Shown here one piece after another: positions 1-8,186 of a DNA stretch of 64,000 nt (positions within the stretch are counted from its first letter, which is position 1; each line of letters opens with the position of its first letter). The stretch is from Tagaea sp. (GTDB lineage Bacteria > Pseudomonadota > Alphaproteobacteria > CACIAM-22H2): positions 640,001 through 704,000 of the forward strand of contig CBDIIB010000004.1 of assembly GCA_965279525.1 (NCBI GenBank). Direction: 5' to 3'. The notes under the pieces were generated by a model, which saw nothing but the letters and a program-made list of their open reading frames with translations, was not told the DNA's origin and ran no database searches. The position numbers and the translations under genes were made by a program.

Positions 1-575
1 GGACGCAGGATATGGCCGTGGCCGTGGCCGTCGAGCGCCCAGACTTCCCTGCCCTCGCGAAGATCTAGAACTTCGATGCCTGCCCGATGGTCGAGATGTT
101 TCGCCTTCGCGACGCGCACGCGAAGCCAGGCACCCGAGCCCGCGTCCGGGCCGGCGGGCTTGCGCCAGACCTGGCCGCCCGCGTCATCGCCGTCATCGAG
201 CAGCGTCGTCGCGACCCCTTCGGCCGCGAGCGCAAGCGCGCAGGCCGCACCGGCCGGCCCGGCACCGATGACGACGACATCGCCGCAGTCGATGGGAACG
301 CGTTGCCTGTCGAAACGCACGAACGGCGCGCTTGCGTCCGACGTCACGCGCATTCCGGCTTTCACCGGCGTGCGGCAGGTTCGACGGTTCGCCTCGCCGT
401 CGATCATGGCGACACACTGATAGCAGCGGCCGACCGCGCAAAGGACGCGGCAAGAACCGTCGGCAAGCATCGCCGCGGCGACGGTTTCGCCAGATCGCGC
501 CGGCACCTTTCTGCCGTCGACGAATATCTCGGTGTCGGGTGCGGCTCCGACGCGCTTGAAGGGCGATTCAGTCAT
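1..575 (-). CDS. 2Fe-2S ferredoxin domain fused to FAD/NAD(P)-binding oxidoreductase (HcnA-HcnB / opine oxidase A / sarcosine oxidase alpha-like), 3' end runs off the window
   Basis: Not in the ORF track; translated by hand from ATG 575: MTESPFKRVGAAPDTEIFVDGRKVPARSGETVAAAML...LCAVGRCYQCVAMIDGEANRRTCRTPVKAGMRV (C-x4-C-x2-C-x12-C), then DVVVIGAGPAGAACA...LLDD...GGQ (Rossmann GxGxxG). Frame is open to position 1. Confidence 0.85.
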   Translation of the reverse strand, partial: MTESPFKRVGAAPDTEIFVDGRKVPARSGETVAAAMLADGSCRVLCAVGRCYQCVAMIDGEANRRTCRTPVKAGMRVTSDASAPFVRFDRQRVPIDCGDVVVIGAGPAGAACALALAAEGVATTLLDDGDDAGGQVWRKPAGPDAGSGAWLRVRVAKAKHLDHRAGIEVLDLREGREVWALDGHGHGHILR

Positions 576-582
576 TTGAAGT

Positions 583-625
583 CGTTGCGGAACCGTGCCA
601 CGAAAGCCGTCAGGGAGCAATTTCG
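583..625 (+). repeat. Imperfect direct repeat, copy 1 (partner at 2162..2203)
   Basis: cgttgcggaaccgtgccacgaaagccgtcagggagcaatttcg versus cgtcgcggaaccatgccaccaaagccgccagggag-aatttcg: 4 mismatches and 1 gap over 43 positions. Confidence 0.85.
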
Positions 626-629
626 GTAC

Positions 630-663
630 AAAGCAAAAGCCGCCGGCGTTTCCGCCGGCGGCT
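630..663 (-). terminator. Rho-independent terminator of the haloperoxidase-like gene
   Basis: Perfect 11-bp stem agccgccggcg-tttc-cgccggcggct (638-663), followed on the minus strand by a T-rich tract (tttgcttt). Confidence 0.8.
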
Positions 664-691
664 CTGCCAGATCTTACCTGACGTCCGAGTT

Positions 692-2029
692 TCAGTTCGT
701 CTTGCCGGCGAAGGAGCGGGCCAGTGTCTTCTCGGCCACCTTGCGGCCGATCTCCTGGCCGGCTTCGATGTCGAAGCGGTAGTGGATGCCGGCCCAGATG
801 CGGGCTTCCGAAGCTTCCTTGCCGATGGCCGACAGGCGTGCGGCATCCTGCGGAAAGGACTTGGCCAGAACGGCGGAAGCGGCGGTCGAAAGGCAGCTAT
901 GTGCCGACGGATAGGCCGGATGGTTGGGTGCCGGAAAGACCGTCTTCAGTTCCGGGTCGAGTTGCGTCGGACGCGGATACCAGTAGACGTATTTCGCCTC
1001 CCAGCAGGCGACGCCGGCATCGGCCAGCGCGACATTGAGTGCCGCGAGGATGCGTGCGGCGGCAGCCGGCGCCGTGCCGTTTTCCAGCAACTTCGTGCGT
1101 GCGATCTCGTTCCACAGAACATGCACGCGCGCGCCGCCGAAAACTTCCCAGTAGGTCGCGCGATGGTTGCTGGGCGGCGTGCGATTGAACGCCTTCAGTT
1201 CAGCGAGGTCTGTCTTCACGCGATCCGAATCGATGGCGGGCGGAGCTGCCGGGCGCACCTCGCTCGAAGTCTTCAGCACCCAGGTCTTCCAGCCGCCTGC
1301 GGCCGGTGCGACCGGCGGATTGGCGCTTTTCCACTGGCCCGCCGCATCGGGCACGGTGCCGGTCCATTTTGCATCCGAGCCATCGGCCTTGCCGCGCGCG
1401 ATCGCCAAAGCCGCGACCCTGACGCCGAGCGCTTTGCCGGCAGCGACTTCCGAGGGGTACTCCACACCTGCCAGCAGGCGCACGCGCATCGCTTCCTCGG
1501 CGCGGGCGGCGAGAGCGGCAGCGCGGGCGGGAAACAGATAGCCGAGAACTTCTGCCGCGGCGGCAGCCGCAGCCGCGTGTTCGGACGGCGCAAGTGCGCC
1601 GGGTGCAGAAGCCTTCAGCGCGGTATCGACCGTCGTTGCACGCGGGCGCGAGCCCGGCTGGCGATTCTGCCGGCTGGCGGCCATCGCATCGTCGATTGCC
1701 GTATGGAACAGCGCCAGATGCCGGGCGGCCAACGGCATAGTGACGAAACCCTGCAGCATCTCGTCGAGGATGATCTCGTTCCAGCGATAGGCCGGCCCGC
1801 CGACAGACCACCACCGGAAGCGCGCGATGTCATCGGCGCCGCGCTTCGCCACGATCGCCTTCAATTCCGCCATCTCGCTCTCGCCGTTCGACGCGGCGGC
1901 CGGGGCGGCGATCTCGGTATAGGATTTGACGTACCAACCTTCTGCGCGTGCGCCGGCAGACGACAGCAGCGCCAAAGCCGCGAAGGCGCCGGCGGCAAGG
2001 CGCGGGCGTATTGCATTATCTCCGAACAT
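692..2029 (-). CDS. Secreted vanadium-dependent haloperoxidase / PAP2-superfamily protein with two tandem PAP2-like domains
   Basis: Signal peptide (RPRLAAGAFAALALLSSAGARA). C-terminal motifs KYVYWYPRP, HPAYPSAH, RIWAGIHYRFD match KxxxxxxRP / PSGH / RxxxGxHxxxD. AGGA RBS before ATG 2029. Confidence 0.8.
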   Translation of the reverse strand: MFGDNAIRPRLAAGAFAALALLSSAGARAEGWYVKSYTEIAAPAAASNGESEMAELKAIVAKRGADDIARFRWWSVGGPAYRWNEIILDEMLQGFVTMPLAARHLALFHTAIDDAMAASRQNRQPGSRPRATTVDTALKASAPGALAPSEHAAAAAAAAEVLGYLFPARAAALAARAEEAMRVRLLAGVEYPSEVAAGKALGVRVAALAIARGKADGSDAKWTGTVPDAAGQWKSANPPVAPAAGGWKTWVLKTSSEVRPAAPPAIDSDRVKTDLAELKAFNRTPPSNHRATYWEVFGGARVHVLWNEIARTKLLENGTAPAAAARILAALNVALADAGVACWEAKYVYWYPRPTQLDPELKTVFPAPNHPAYPSAHSCLSTAASAVLAKSFPQDAARLSAIGKEASEARIWAGIHYRFDIEAGQEIGRKVAEKTLARSFAGKTN

Positions 2030-2161
2030 CGGAAGTCCTTTCTCTGCATCGGCAGTCGTGAAAATCCGATGCAGTTCTATTTCGGATGCATTGAAACTTC
2101 TACCGCCCTACAATCGTAACGGGTGTCGGTGCGCTGGACGGTCGATGCGGCGGTTTGCAAG

Positions 2162-2203
2162 CGTCGCGGAACCATGCCACCAAAGCCGCCAGGGAGAATT
2201 TCG
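2162..2203 (+). repeat. Imperfect direct repeat, copy 2, containing the AGGGAG RBS of the downstream gene
   Basis: Matches 583..625; AGGGAG at 2191-2196 precedes ATG 2206. Confidence 0.85.
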
Positions 2204-2205
2204 CG

Positions 2206-3414
2206 ATGCGCCGCATCGAAACCGAAATCGCCGTCTTCGGCGCCGGCATCATCGGCGCCGCCTGCGCCTTCGAACTTGCCAAGTCGGGCCGGCGCGTCAT
2301 GCTGGTGGACCGGGACCAGCCGAACGCCGGCAGCTCGGGTGCATGCGACGGCTACGTTTCGGTCTCGACGAAGACGCCGGGGCCCGCTCTCGAACTCGCG
2401 CGCGCCAGCCAGCTCCTGTACGCCGAACTCGCGTCCGAACTCGGCATTGCACGCATCGAATATGTCCGCCGCGGCGGCATGATGCTGATCGAGACGCCGG
2501 ACGAGTTCGAGAAGATGGAAGCGCACGCGAAGCTGCTGCGCGCGGCTGGCGTCGTGGCAGACGTGATCGATCGCGCGGCCCTGCTCGAACGCGAGCCGGC
2601 CCTTTCGCCGGCACTGCATGGCGGTCTCGACTGCCCGGACGAAGCGCAGGTGACGCCCTATCTCGTCACGCTCGCCCTCGTCGAGGCGGCAATCTCGCAT
2701 GGTGCGCTCACGCTCTGGCGAACGCGGCCGGTCGCGTTCGACGTCGCGGGCGCGCGCATCGTGCGCGCCGATCTCGAGGGTGCCTACGGAGAAACCGTCG
2801 AGCTCGTTGCCGAGCAATATGTATTCTGCGCGGGCATCTGGAGCCGCGATCTTGGCGCCCTGGTCGGCCTCGATCTGCCCGTCGTGCCCCGGCGCGGCGA
2901 ATTGCTCGTCACGACGCGCGGCCGCCGGCTTGCCTCGCGCTTCCTCGTGTCGGCACGCTACCTCACGGCGAAGCTCGACCCGGAAGCGGCCAGCACGTCG
3001 AGCGACCCGCTGGTGCGGATGGGATACGGCTTCACGCTGGAGACGACTCCGCACGGCCAGCACATCATCGGCAACACGCGCACGTTCGTGGGCTACGACC
3101 GCAGCGTTTCGACTGACGGGTACCGGACCATCCTTGCGGAAGGCGCCAGGCGGGTGCCGGCGCTCGCCTCGCTTGAAATCCTGCGTGCCTTTGCCGGGCT
3201 GCGCCCGTTCGTTCCAGACAAACGGCCACTGCTCGGGCGCTCGGCGCTGCGCACCAACCTCTTCGTCGCGGCCGGCCACGAAGGTGACGGGATCACACTT
3301 GCCCCGATTACCGCGCGGATCGTTGCCGGCCTCTCGCAGGGCAGGACACCGCCCGTCCCGCTTGACGGCCTCGACCCGGACCGCTTCACGAAGGCCGGTC
3401 CTGCCGCGGCCTAA
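2206..3414 (+). CDS. FAD-dependent oxidoreductase, DAO family (HcnC / opine oxidase B / glycine oxidase-like)
   Basis: AVFGAGIIGAACAFEL Rossmann motif, GSSGACDG, AGLRP, AGHEGDGITLAP C-terminal motif; RBS AGGGAG. Confidence 0.85.
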   Translation: MRRIETEIAVFGAGIIGAACAFELAKSGRRVMLVDRDQPNAGSSGACDGYVSVSTKTPGPALELARASQLLYAELASELGIARIEYVRRGGMMLIETPDEFEKMEAHAKLLRAAGVVADVIDRAALLEREPALSPALHGGLDCPDEAQVTPYLVTLALVEAAISHGALTLWRTRPVAFDVAGARIVRADLEGAYGETVELVAEQYVFCAGIWSRDLGALVGLDLPVVPRRGELLVTTRGRRLASRFLVSARYLTAKLDPEAASTSSDPLVRMGYGFTLETTPHGQHIIGNTRTFVGYDRSVSTDGYRTILAEGARRVPALASLEILRAFAGLRPFVPDKRPLLGRSALRTNLFVAAGHEGDGITLAPITARIVAGLSQGRTPPVPLDGLDPDRFTKAGPAAA

Positions 3415-3422
3415 ATTCGCCG

Positions 3423-3502
3423 CAATTGTTTGCCAGCATTGGCAAATCGTCGACTCTTGCCGTCCGTTGGGAAGCGGGCGACAATTGTTTCCCAGTCGAC
3501 TC
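3423..3502. promoter_or_regulatory. Candidate operator region upstream of pentapeptide-repeat gene 1
   Basis: Inverted repeat tttgcca-gcat-tggcaaa (3429-3446); direct repeat caattgttt(g/c)ccag at 3423 and 3482, each followed by gtcgactc. Confidence 0.4.
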
Positions 3503-3515
3503 CCGGAGGTTCGCG

Positions 3516-4808
3516 ATGTCCGCCCTGGTCAACCCGGACGATATCCACCGCCGCCGCGCGATGGACCAGCGCGAATGCGATCTGGCCGTGCGCAAGCACG
3601 AGCTTTTCGTCCTCGGCCGCGCCGGCGGCCAGCGCGCCAATTTCTCGTACCGGAACCTCACGGGCCTCAACCTCGCCTGCAAGAACCTGTCGGAGGCCGA
3701 CTTCACCGGCGCCATCATGGTGGAGTGCGACCTTTCGGGTACGAACCTGCAGCGCGCCCTGCTGTTCTGCTGCAACCTGACCAAGGCGAAGATGGTGCGC
3801 GCCAACCTGACGCGCGCCGACCTGCGTGGCGCGGTCCTGAAGGGCGCGGATCTCACGGCCGCAGAACTTTTCAACGCCGACCTTCGCGAAGGCGCCATCT
3901 TCACCAAGCGCATGGCCAGCGACCTGCAGGGCGTGACCGTCGATTCCGATCCGTCCGACATGTCGCGCGCCAAGATGGTCAACGCCAACCTGAGCCACGC
4001 GAACATGTCCGGCGCCGTCGCGATGATGGTGGATTTCACCGACGCGATCCTGAAGGGTGCAAATCTCGCGAAGGCCAATCTCAAGAACGCGACGCTCGAG
4101 GGCGCCGATCTGGAAGGTGCCGATCTTTCGCGTGCAGACCTGCGCGGAGCGATCCTGCGCAACGCGAATCTCTACGGCGCCACGATGATCGCCGCCGACC
4201 GCACGGGCTGCGACGAGACAGGTGCCCTGACCGACCTGCCGCGCGGCAAACCGATGACGATGCTGCGGGAGTCGCTGCACACGCTGGTGCGCGATCACGG
4301 CACCTGGATCGAGACCGGCGGCGCTTCGGGTCACCTGCTCGACATTTCCGGTTTCGACCTGCGCGATGTCGAGTGGCCCGACCATGTGCTGCTGACGTCG
4401 ATGAAGGCGAAGGATGCCTGCATCGCGCACGCGAAGTTCAGCGGTGCCTGGCTGCAGGCGAGCCTGTTCGAAGGGGCGGATATGCGCGGCGCCGACTTCC
4501 GCACGGCCGACCTGCGCGGCGCAAACCTCAAGGGCGCCAATCTCGTCCGGGCCAACTTCGAAAGCTGCAATCTCGCCCCGATGGTCGTCCAGTCCGGCAA
4601 ATCGCTGACGACGCGGCTTGACGGTGCCAACCTGCGCCATGCGCGCTTCCAGCGCTGCCAGCTCGTGCAGACATCGTTCCGCGGCGCCGACCTGCGCTGG
4701 GCGACGATCGTCGACTGCGACACGACCGGCGGCGACTTCGAAGGGGCGATCGGGCTGCAGTTGCTGGCCCGCATCGACCATCCCCCGCCCGAACCGCCGA
4801 AGGGCTAG
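3516..4808 (+). CDS. Pentapeptide repeat protein (paralog 1)
   Basis: Extensive A(D/N)Lxx repeats (ANLTRADLRGAVLKGADLTAA...); two cap motifs (KHELFVLGRAGGQRANFS and DHGTWIETGGASGHLLDIS); GGAGG RBS before ATG 3516. Confidence 0.9.
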   Translation: MSALVNPDDIHRRRAMDQRECDLAVRKHELFVLGRAGGQRANFSYRNLTGLNLACKNLSEADFTGAIMVECDLSGTNLQRALLFCCNLTKAKMVRANLTRADLRGAVLKGADLTAAELFNADLREGAIFTKRMASDLQGVTVDSDPSDMSRAKMVNANLSHANMSGAVAMMVDFTDAILKGANLAKANLKNATLEGADLEGADLSRADLRGAILRNANLYGATMIAADRTGCDETGALTDLPRGKPMTMLRESLHTLVRDHGTWIETGGASGHLLDISGFDLRDVEWPDHVLLTSMKAKDACIAHAKFSGAWLQASLFEGADMRGADFRTADLRGANLKGANLVRANFESCNLAPMVVQSGKSLTTRLDGANLRHARFQRCQLVQTSFRGADLRWATIVDCDTTGGDFEGAIGLQLLARIDHPPPEPPKG

Positions 4809-7799
4809 TCAGAACCGGAGCTCGGCCCGGGGCTTGGCATCCGCGTTTTCTTCCACGACGGGCCTGCACTCGAAGATGCGGGCCGCATCGACCCTGTCAT
4901 TCTCCACCAACCGGCGTTTGACTGCCTCACCGCGTGCGGCGGCAAGCCGGCGCAACGCGTTCTCATCGACCTGACCACGCGCACCCGGGCGGCGCGGCAG
5001 CGTCTCGATGTCGGCCGGCACCGCGAAGCCGCAAACCTCCAGCCGTGCCGCAGGCCGCGCGATCAACAGCTTGGCAAGACCCGCGACGATCTCTCCCGTC
5101 GCCGCGTCGAACGTGTTCGACCCCGGCGGGAAAGCGATGACCGGAAGCGCCACACCGGTTCCGCGCCGTTCCGCATCCATTATCGACGAGAAGAATGTCC
5201 CTATCGGAAAGAGCACGGTCAGCGTGGTCGACAACGCACCGCGCAGCGCGCCGCCGACGGCCTGCCGGACCGCGTCCGCGGTATCGAAAGTCGGATCGTA
5301 GAGCTCGCCGGCGACGGGAATCTCCAGTTCGATGTTGTTGTCGTCGTCCGAAAGGAGCGACAGCACGGTACCGACCGGCGCACCCGCCTGTTCCGCAAGC
5401 GCACCCGCATCGCGCTCGTCGAGCCTGACATTCGCCAGGCGCCACTTCGTCATGCCTTCGAGCTTCTCCTCTCGCGCGACGATGCGCCCTTCGATGGAGG
5501 CGGTGCCCGTGCGCACGTCGACGCCGAGCGCGTCGTCGGCATAGGCCGAAATCGGCGGCAGGTCGATCGCGCGCGCGGCGAACTCGATGTCGAACGACAG
5601 GCGGGGTGCGAACGGGAACGCGGTTCCGCTGGCTTTGGCGCTTCCGAAGCTGCCGACACGGGCATCGAGCGTCACGATGCTCGGCCGTTCCGGGCGCCGG
5701 TCGTCGATATCGGAAACCGTGAGCGCAAGCCGTTCGAACGGCACGCGGACGACAGCGTGCGGCGTGCGGTCCTCGAAGGTTCCGCGGCCATTGACGACTT
5801 CGAGGCGTCCGAGCGACAGACCGGGCGACGGCGCCACCGGACCGGACGCGCCGGGCACAGGCGGTGCGCCCCGCTCGAAACTGAGCAGACCGTTCTTGGT
5901 CCGCGTGACGCGGACCGTCGGCCGGTCGAAGCGAAGCAGTGCCACCGCGATGCCGCCTTCGGGCGATATCCGCGCATCCTCGATCGACGCGGCCGGTGCC
6001 CGCAGGCGCCATCCGAATGCTTCACGCCCCGCCATCGCCTTCTCGCGACGCAGCACGCGCGGTTCCAAGATCGTCGCACGCAACGCGCTCGTCCCCGCCT
6101 GGCCGAATGCGAACCCGGCTAGCTCGACGGAGCCGGCCGCGAACAGTTCGCGCGCCGTCGCGTCGACGACGCGCACGCCGCCCAGCTTCACGCCTCCTTC
6201 GGCAGTTGCCGGTGCGGGTCCAGCCGACAGACTGCCGTCGTACCCGGCGGAATCCATCGATGCCACGATGTCGGCCGCAGGTACGGCCAGGCGCAGTTTT
6301 CCGGCATCGAGCTTGCCGGTGGCCGTCGCACCGTCGGCGCGCAGATCGATCGATCCGTCGTATTTCGCGTTCGCTGCGGTGAAGTCGACGTCAGCCGTCC
6401 GCGCGGCCGCCCCGTCGATCGATATCGTGCCACGAACGGTCCCGTTTCCGTCCTCGAGATCGACCCGGAGCGTCTCCATCGCGACGCGACCGGCAGCGAA
6501 GCGTTCGCCGGCACGCTCGAAGACCGGCACCCCGACGGCCAGACCGCCCTCGAATGTCCGGGCTTTCGCCGCGGCAGATGCGATCCCCTGGACCTGAAGG
6601 GTGTCTGCGCGAAGCGTGCCCGCCGCTGACTTGCCGGCGATCGACGCCGCTGCGAGCGTAAAGCGGCCATCGACCTTGCCGTCCGCCGCAAGCCGTAGCT
6701 GCTGCATGTCGACCCGCGCGGTCTGCACCGATGCTTCGCCCGAGCCGTCCATCGACAAGACAGCATCGTCGACATCGAGCGATCCGGAGATGGCCGCGGA
6801 TCCGCCGATCGCCGCATCGAACGCACCGTCGATGCGCAGTGCGCCGAACGTCGCGCGCACGGCGTCTTCGGCGAACTTCAGGCCGGCCGCGTCGAGCACG
6901 CCCTTGCCCTGTATACGCCGGGCATCCGGCATCGTCAGGCTGCCGGTCCAGGAGATGGATCCGGCCGACAGGCCCGCGATCGAAGGCGCACGGATCGCGA
7001 TCTTGCCTTCGGCCGTCGCGCGCCCGGTGGTGTCACGCTCGATCTCGAGTGATGCATCGAGCGTTCCGGCGAGTGCTGGTGCAAGCAGCGCCGAAAAAGG
7101 TCCGAGCGACACGGCATCGGCTTCCAGGCGCACGGAAAATGTCGGGATCGGCGCAAACGGCATCGCCGTTCCGACGACCTTCAGCGGGCGTCCGCCGACA
7201 GTCGCCGCGAGTTCGTAGCCGACCTGCGATGCCGGATTGCCGATCGCGAGATCGGACATGGCAAGCCTTGCGATCTCGACCTCGATGCGCGTCGTCCCGC
7301 TTCGAAGCGTGACGCGCGATTCCGTCAGTTCGAGATTCCCGATCCCGAGTGCCAGGGCCGGCTTGTCGGTAATGGTCGTGGCCTGCGCAGGGGCGGCCGC
7401 GACCGGAAAACCGGCGATGCGGATGTCGCCATCGCTCCCGCGCACGATCTCGATCGCGAGCCCCGATATCCGCGCGTGCGGCACGTCGATCCGGCCATCG
7501 AGCAGGGCCGCAGGCGAGATGCTGAGATCGGCCAGATCGAGATGGACAACCCCGCCACCGGGCTGTTCGAGTTCGATGCGGCCGATATCGATGCGCCGGC
7601 CGAGCAGCGAAACCGATGCTTCGCCCATGTCGATCACGCGATAGCCCAGAGTTGCGAAGCTGCGGTCCAGCGCGAAGCGCAGGCCCGCACTCGGGCCCCA
7701 CCAGAAAGCCGCGGCAACCGCCACGGCACCCAGTGTCATCGCCAGCCAAAGGACGGGTCTGGCACGTAAGTAGGAGCGCGGCCGATCCGGAGTTTCCAT
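4809..7799 (-). CDS. DUF748-domain (AsmA-like) envelope protein with C-terminal OmpA-like domain
   Basis: N-terminal TM helix, long beta-rich body, IDLPPISAY and IELEIPVAGELYDPTF motifs, C-terminal IAFPPGS...LEVCGFA...LAAARGEAVKRRLV...RAELRF. Confidence 0.75.
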   Translation of the reverse strand: METPDRPRSYLRARPVLWLAMTLGAVAVAAAFWWGPSAGLRFALDRSFATLGYRVIDMGEASVSLLGRRIDIGRIELEQPGGGVVHLDLADLSISPAALLDGRIDVPHARISGLAIEIVRGSDGDIRIAGFPVAAAPAQATTITDKPALALGIGNLELTESRVTLRSGTTRIEVEIARLAMSDLAIGNPASQVGYELAATVGGRPLKVVGTAMPFAPIPTFSVRLEADAVSLGPFSALLAPALAGTLDASLEIERDTTGRATAEGKIAIRAPSIAGLSAGSISWTGSLTMPDARRIQGKGVLDAAGLKFAEDAVRATFGALRIDGAFDAAIGGSAAISGSLDVDDAVLSMDGSGEASVQTARVDMQQLRLAADGKVDGRFTLAAASIAGKSAAGTLRADTLQVQGIASAAAKARTFEGGLAVGVPVFERAGERFAAGRVAMETLRVDLEDGNGTVRGTISIDGAAARTADVDFTAANAKYDGSIDLRADGATATGKLDAGKLRLAVPAADIVASMDSAGYDGSLSAGPAPATAEGGVKLGGVRVVDATARELFAAGSVELAGFAFGQAGTSALRATILEPRVLRREKAMAGREAFGWRLRAPAASIEDARISPEGGIAVALLRFDRPTVRVTRTKNGLLSFERGAPPVPGASGPVAPSPGLSLGRLEVVNGRGTFEDRTPHAVVRVPFERLALTVSDIDDRRPERPSIVTLDARVGSFGSAKASGTAFPFAPRLSFDIEFAARAIDLPPISAYADDALGVDVRTGTASIEGRIVAREEKLEGMTKWRLANVRLDERDAGALAEQAGAPVGTVLSLLSDDDNNIELEIPVAGELYDPTFDTADAVRQAVGGALRGALSTTLTVLFPIGTFFSSIMDAERRGTGVALPVIAFPPGSNTFDAATGEIVAGLAKLLIARPAARLEVCGFAVPADIETLPRRPGARGQVDENALRRLAAARGEAVKRRLVENDRVDAARIFECRPVVEENADAKPRAELRF

Positions 7800-7920
7800 G
7801 CTGTGATCTAACTCTATGATATTACATGCAAATGGAATAGCTCAAAACAACGCTGGCGACGGGGTCGCTATTCGGATATCATTTTAGCATTAGAACTAAT
7901 TATCCAACGGGAGAAACCCA

Positions 7921-8121
7921 ATGGCACTTACCATCTCAAGCGTTGCCGGTGATTCGGCCATCTCTGCACTTGCCGGCGCAAACTCCAGCGTGAAGCAGGC
8001 TGCGGCGATTTCGTCGTTCAAGGCCGCAAACGACGCGCAGGAAGCACTCGTCGGACTCGTCGCCTCGATCAAGCCACCGGAAGATTCCGGTCGCGGCCGC
8101 ACGGTCGACGTCCAGGCCTGA
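7921..8121 (+). CDS. Small Ala/Ser-rich protein, YjfB/motility-associated-like
   Basis: GGGAG RBS, 66 aa, helical QAAAISSFKAANDAQEALVGLV and C-terminal GRGRTVDVQA resembling the G-x-x-(V/I)D-x-x-A terminus of YjfB-like proteins. Confidence 0.6.
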   Translation: MALTISSVAGDSAISALAGANSSVKQAAAISSFKAANDAQEALVGLVASIKPPEDSGRGRTVDVQA

Positions 8122-8186
8122 ATTCGGTTTTGTCGTCCTGACAGCCCTGCCCGCAGGTCGCGCGGCGGGGCTTCAGGCGTTTTGAT

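Noticed and set aside
584-601. Sigma54-like TGGCACG...GC inside the direct repeat (minus strand)
   Set aside because: Only 9 nt between GG and GC rather than the required 10, and it lies too close to ATG 575.
1-3414. Firm call of hydrogen cyanide synthase hcnABC
   Set aside because: The same architecture is shared by opine, proline and hydroxyproline dehydrogenases; the substrate cannot be assigned by eye and the arrangement is not an hcnABC operon.
3516-4808. Qnr/MfpA quinolone-resistance gene call for the pentapeptide proteins
   Set aside because: About twice the length, with internal cap motifs and a chromosomal core context; repeats alone do not imply resistance.
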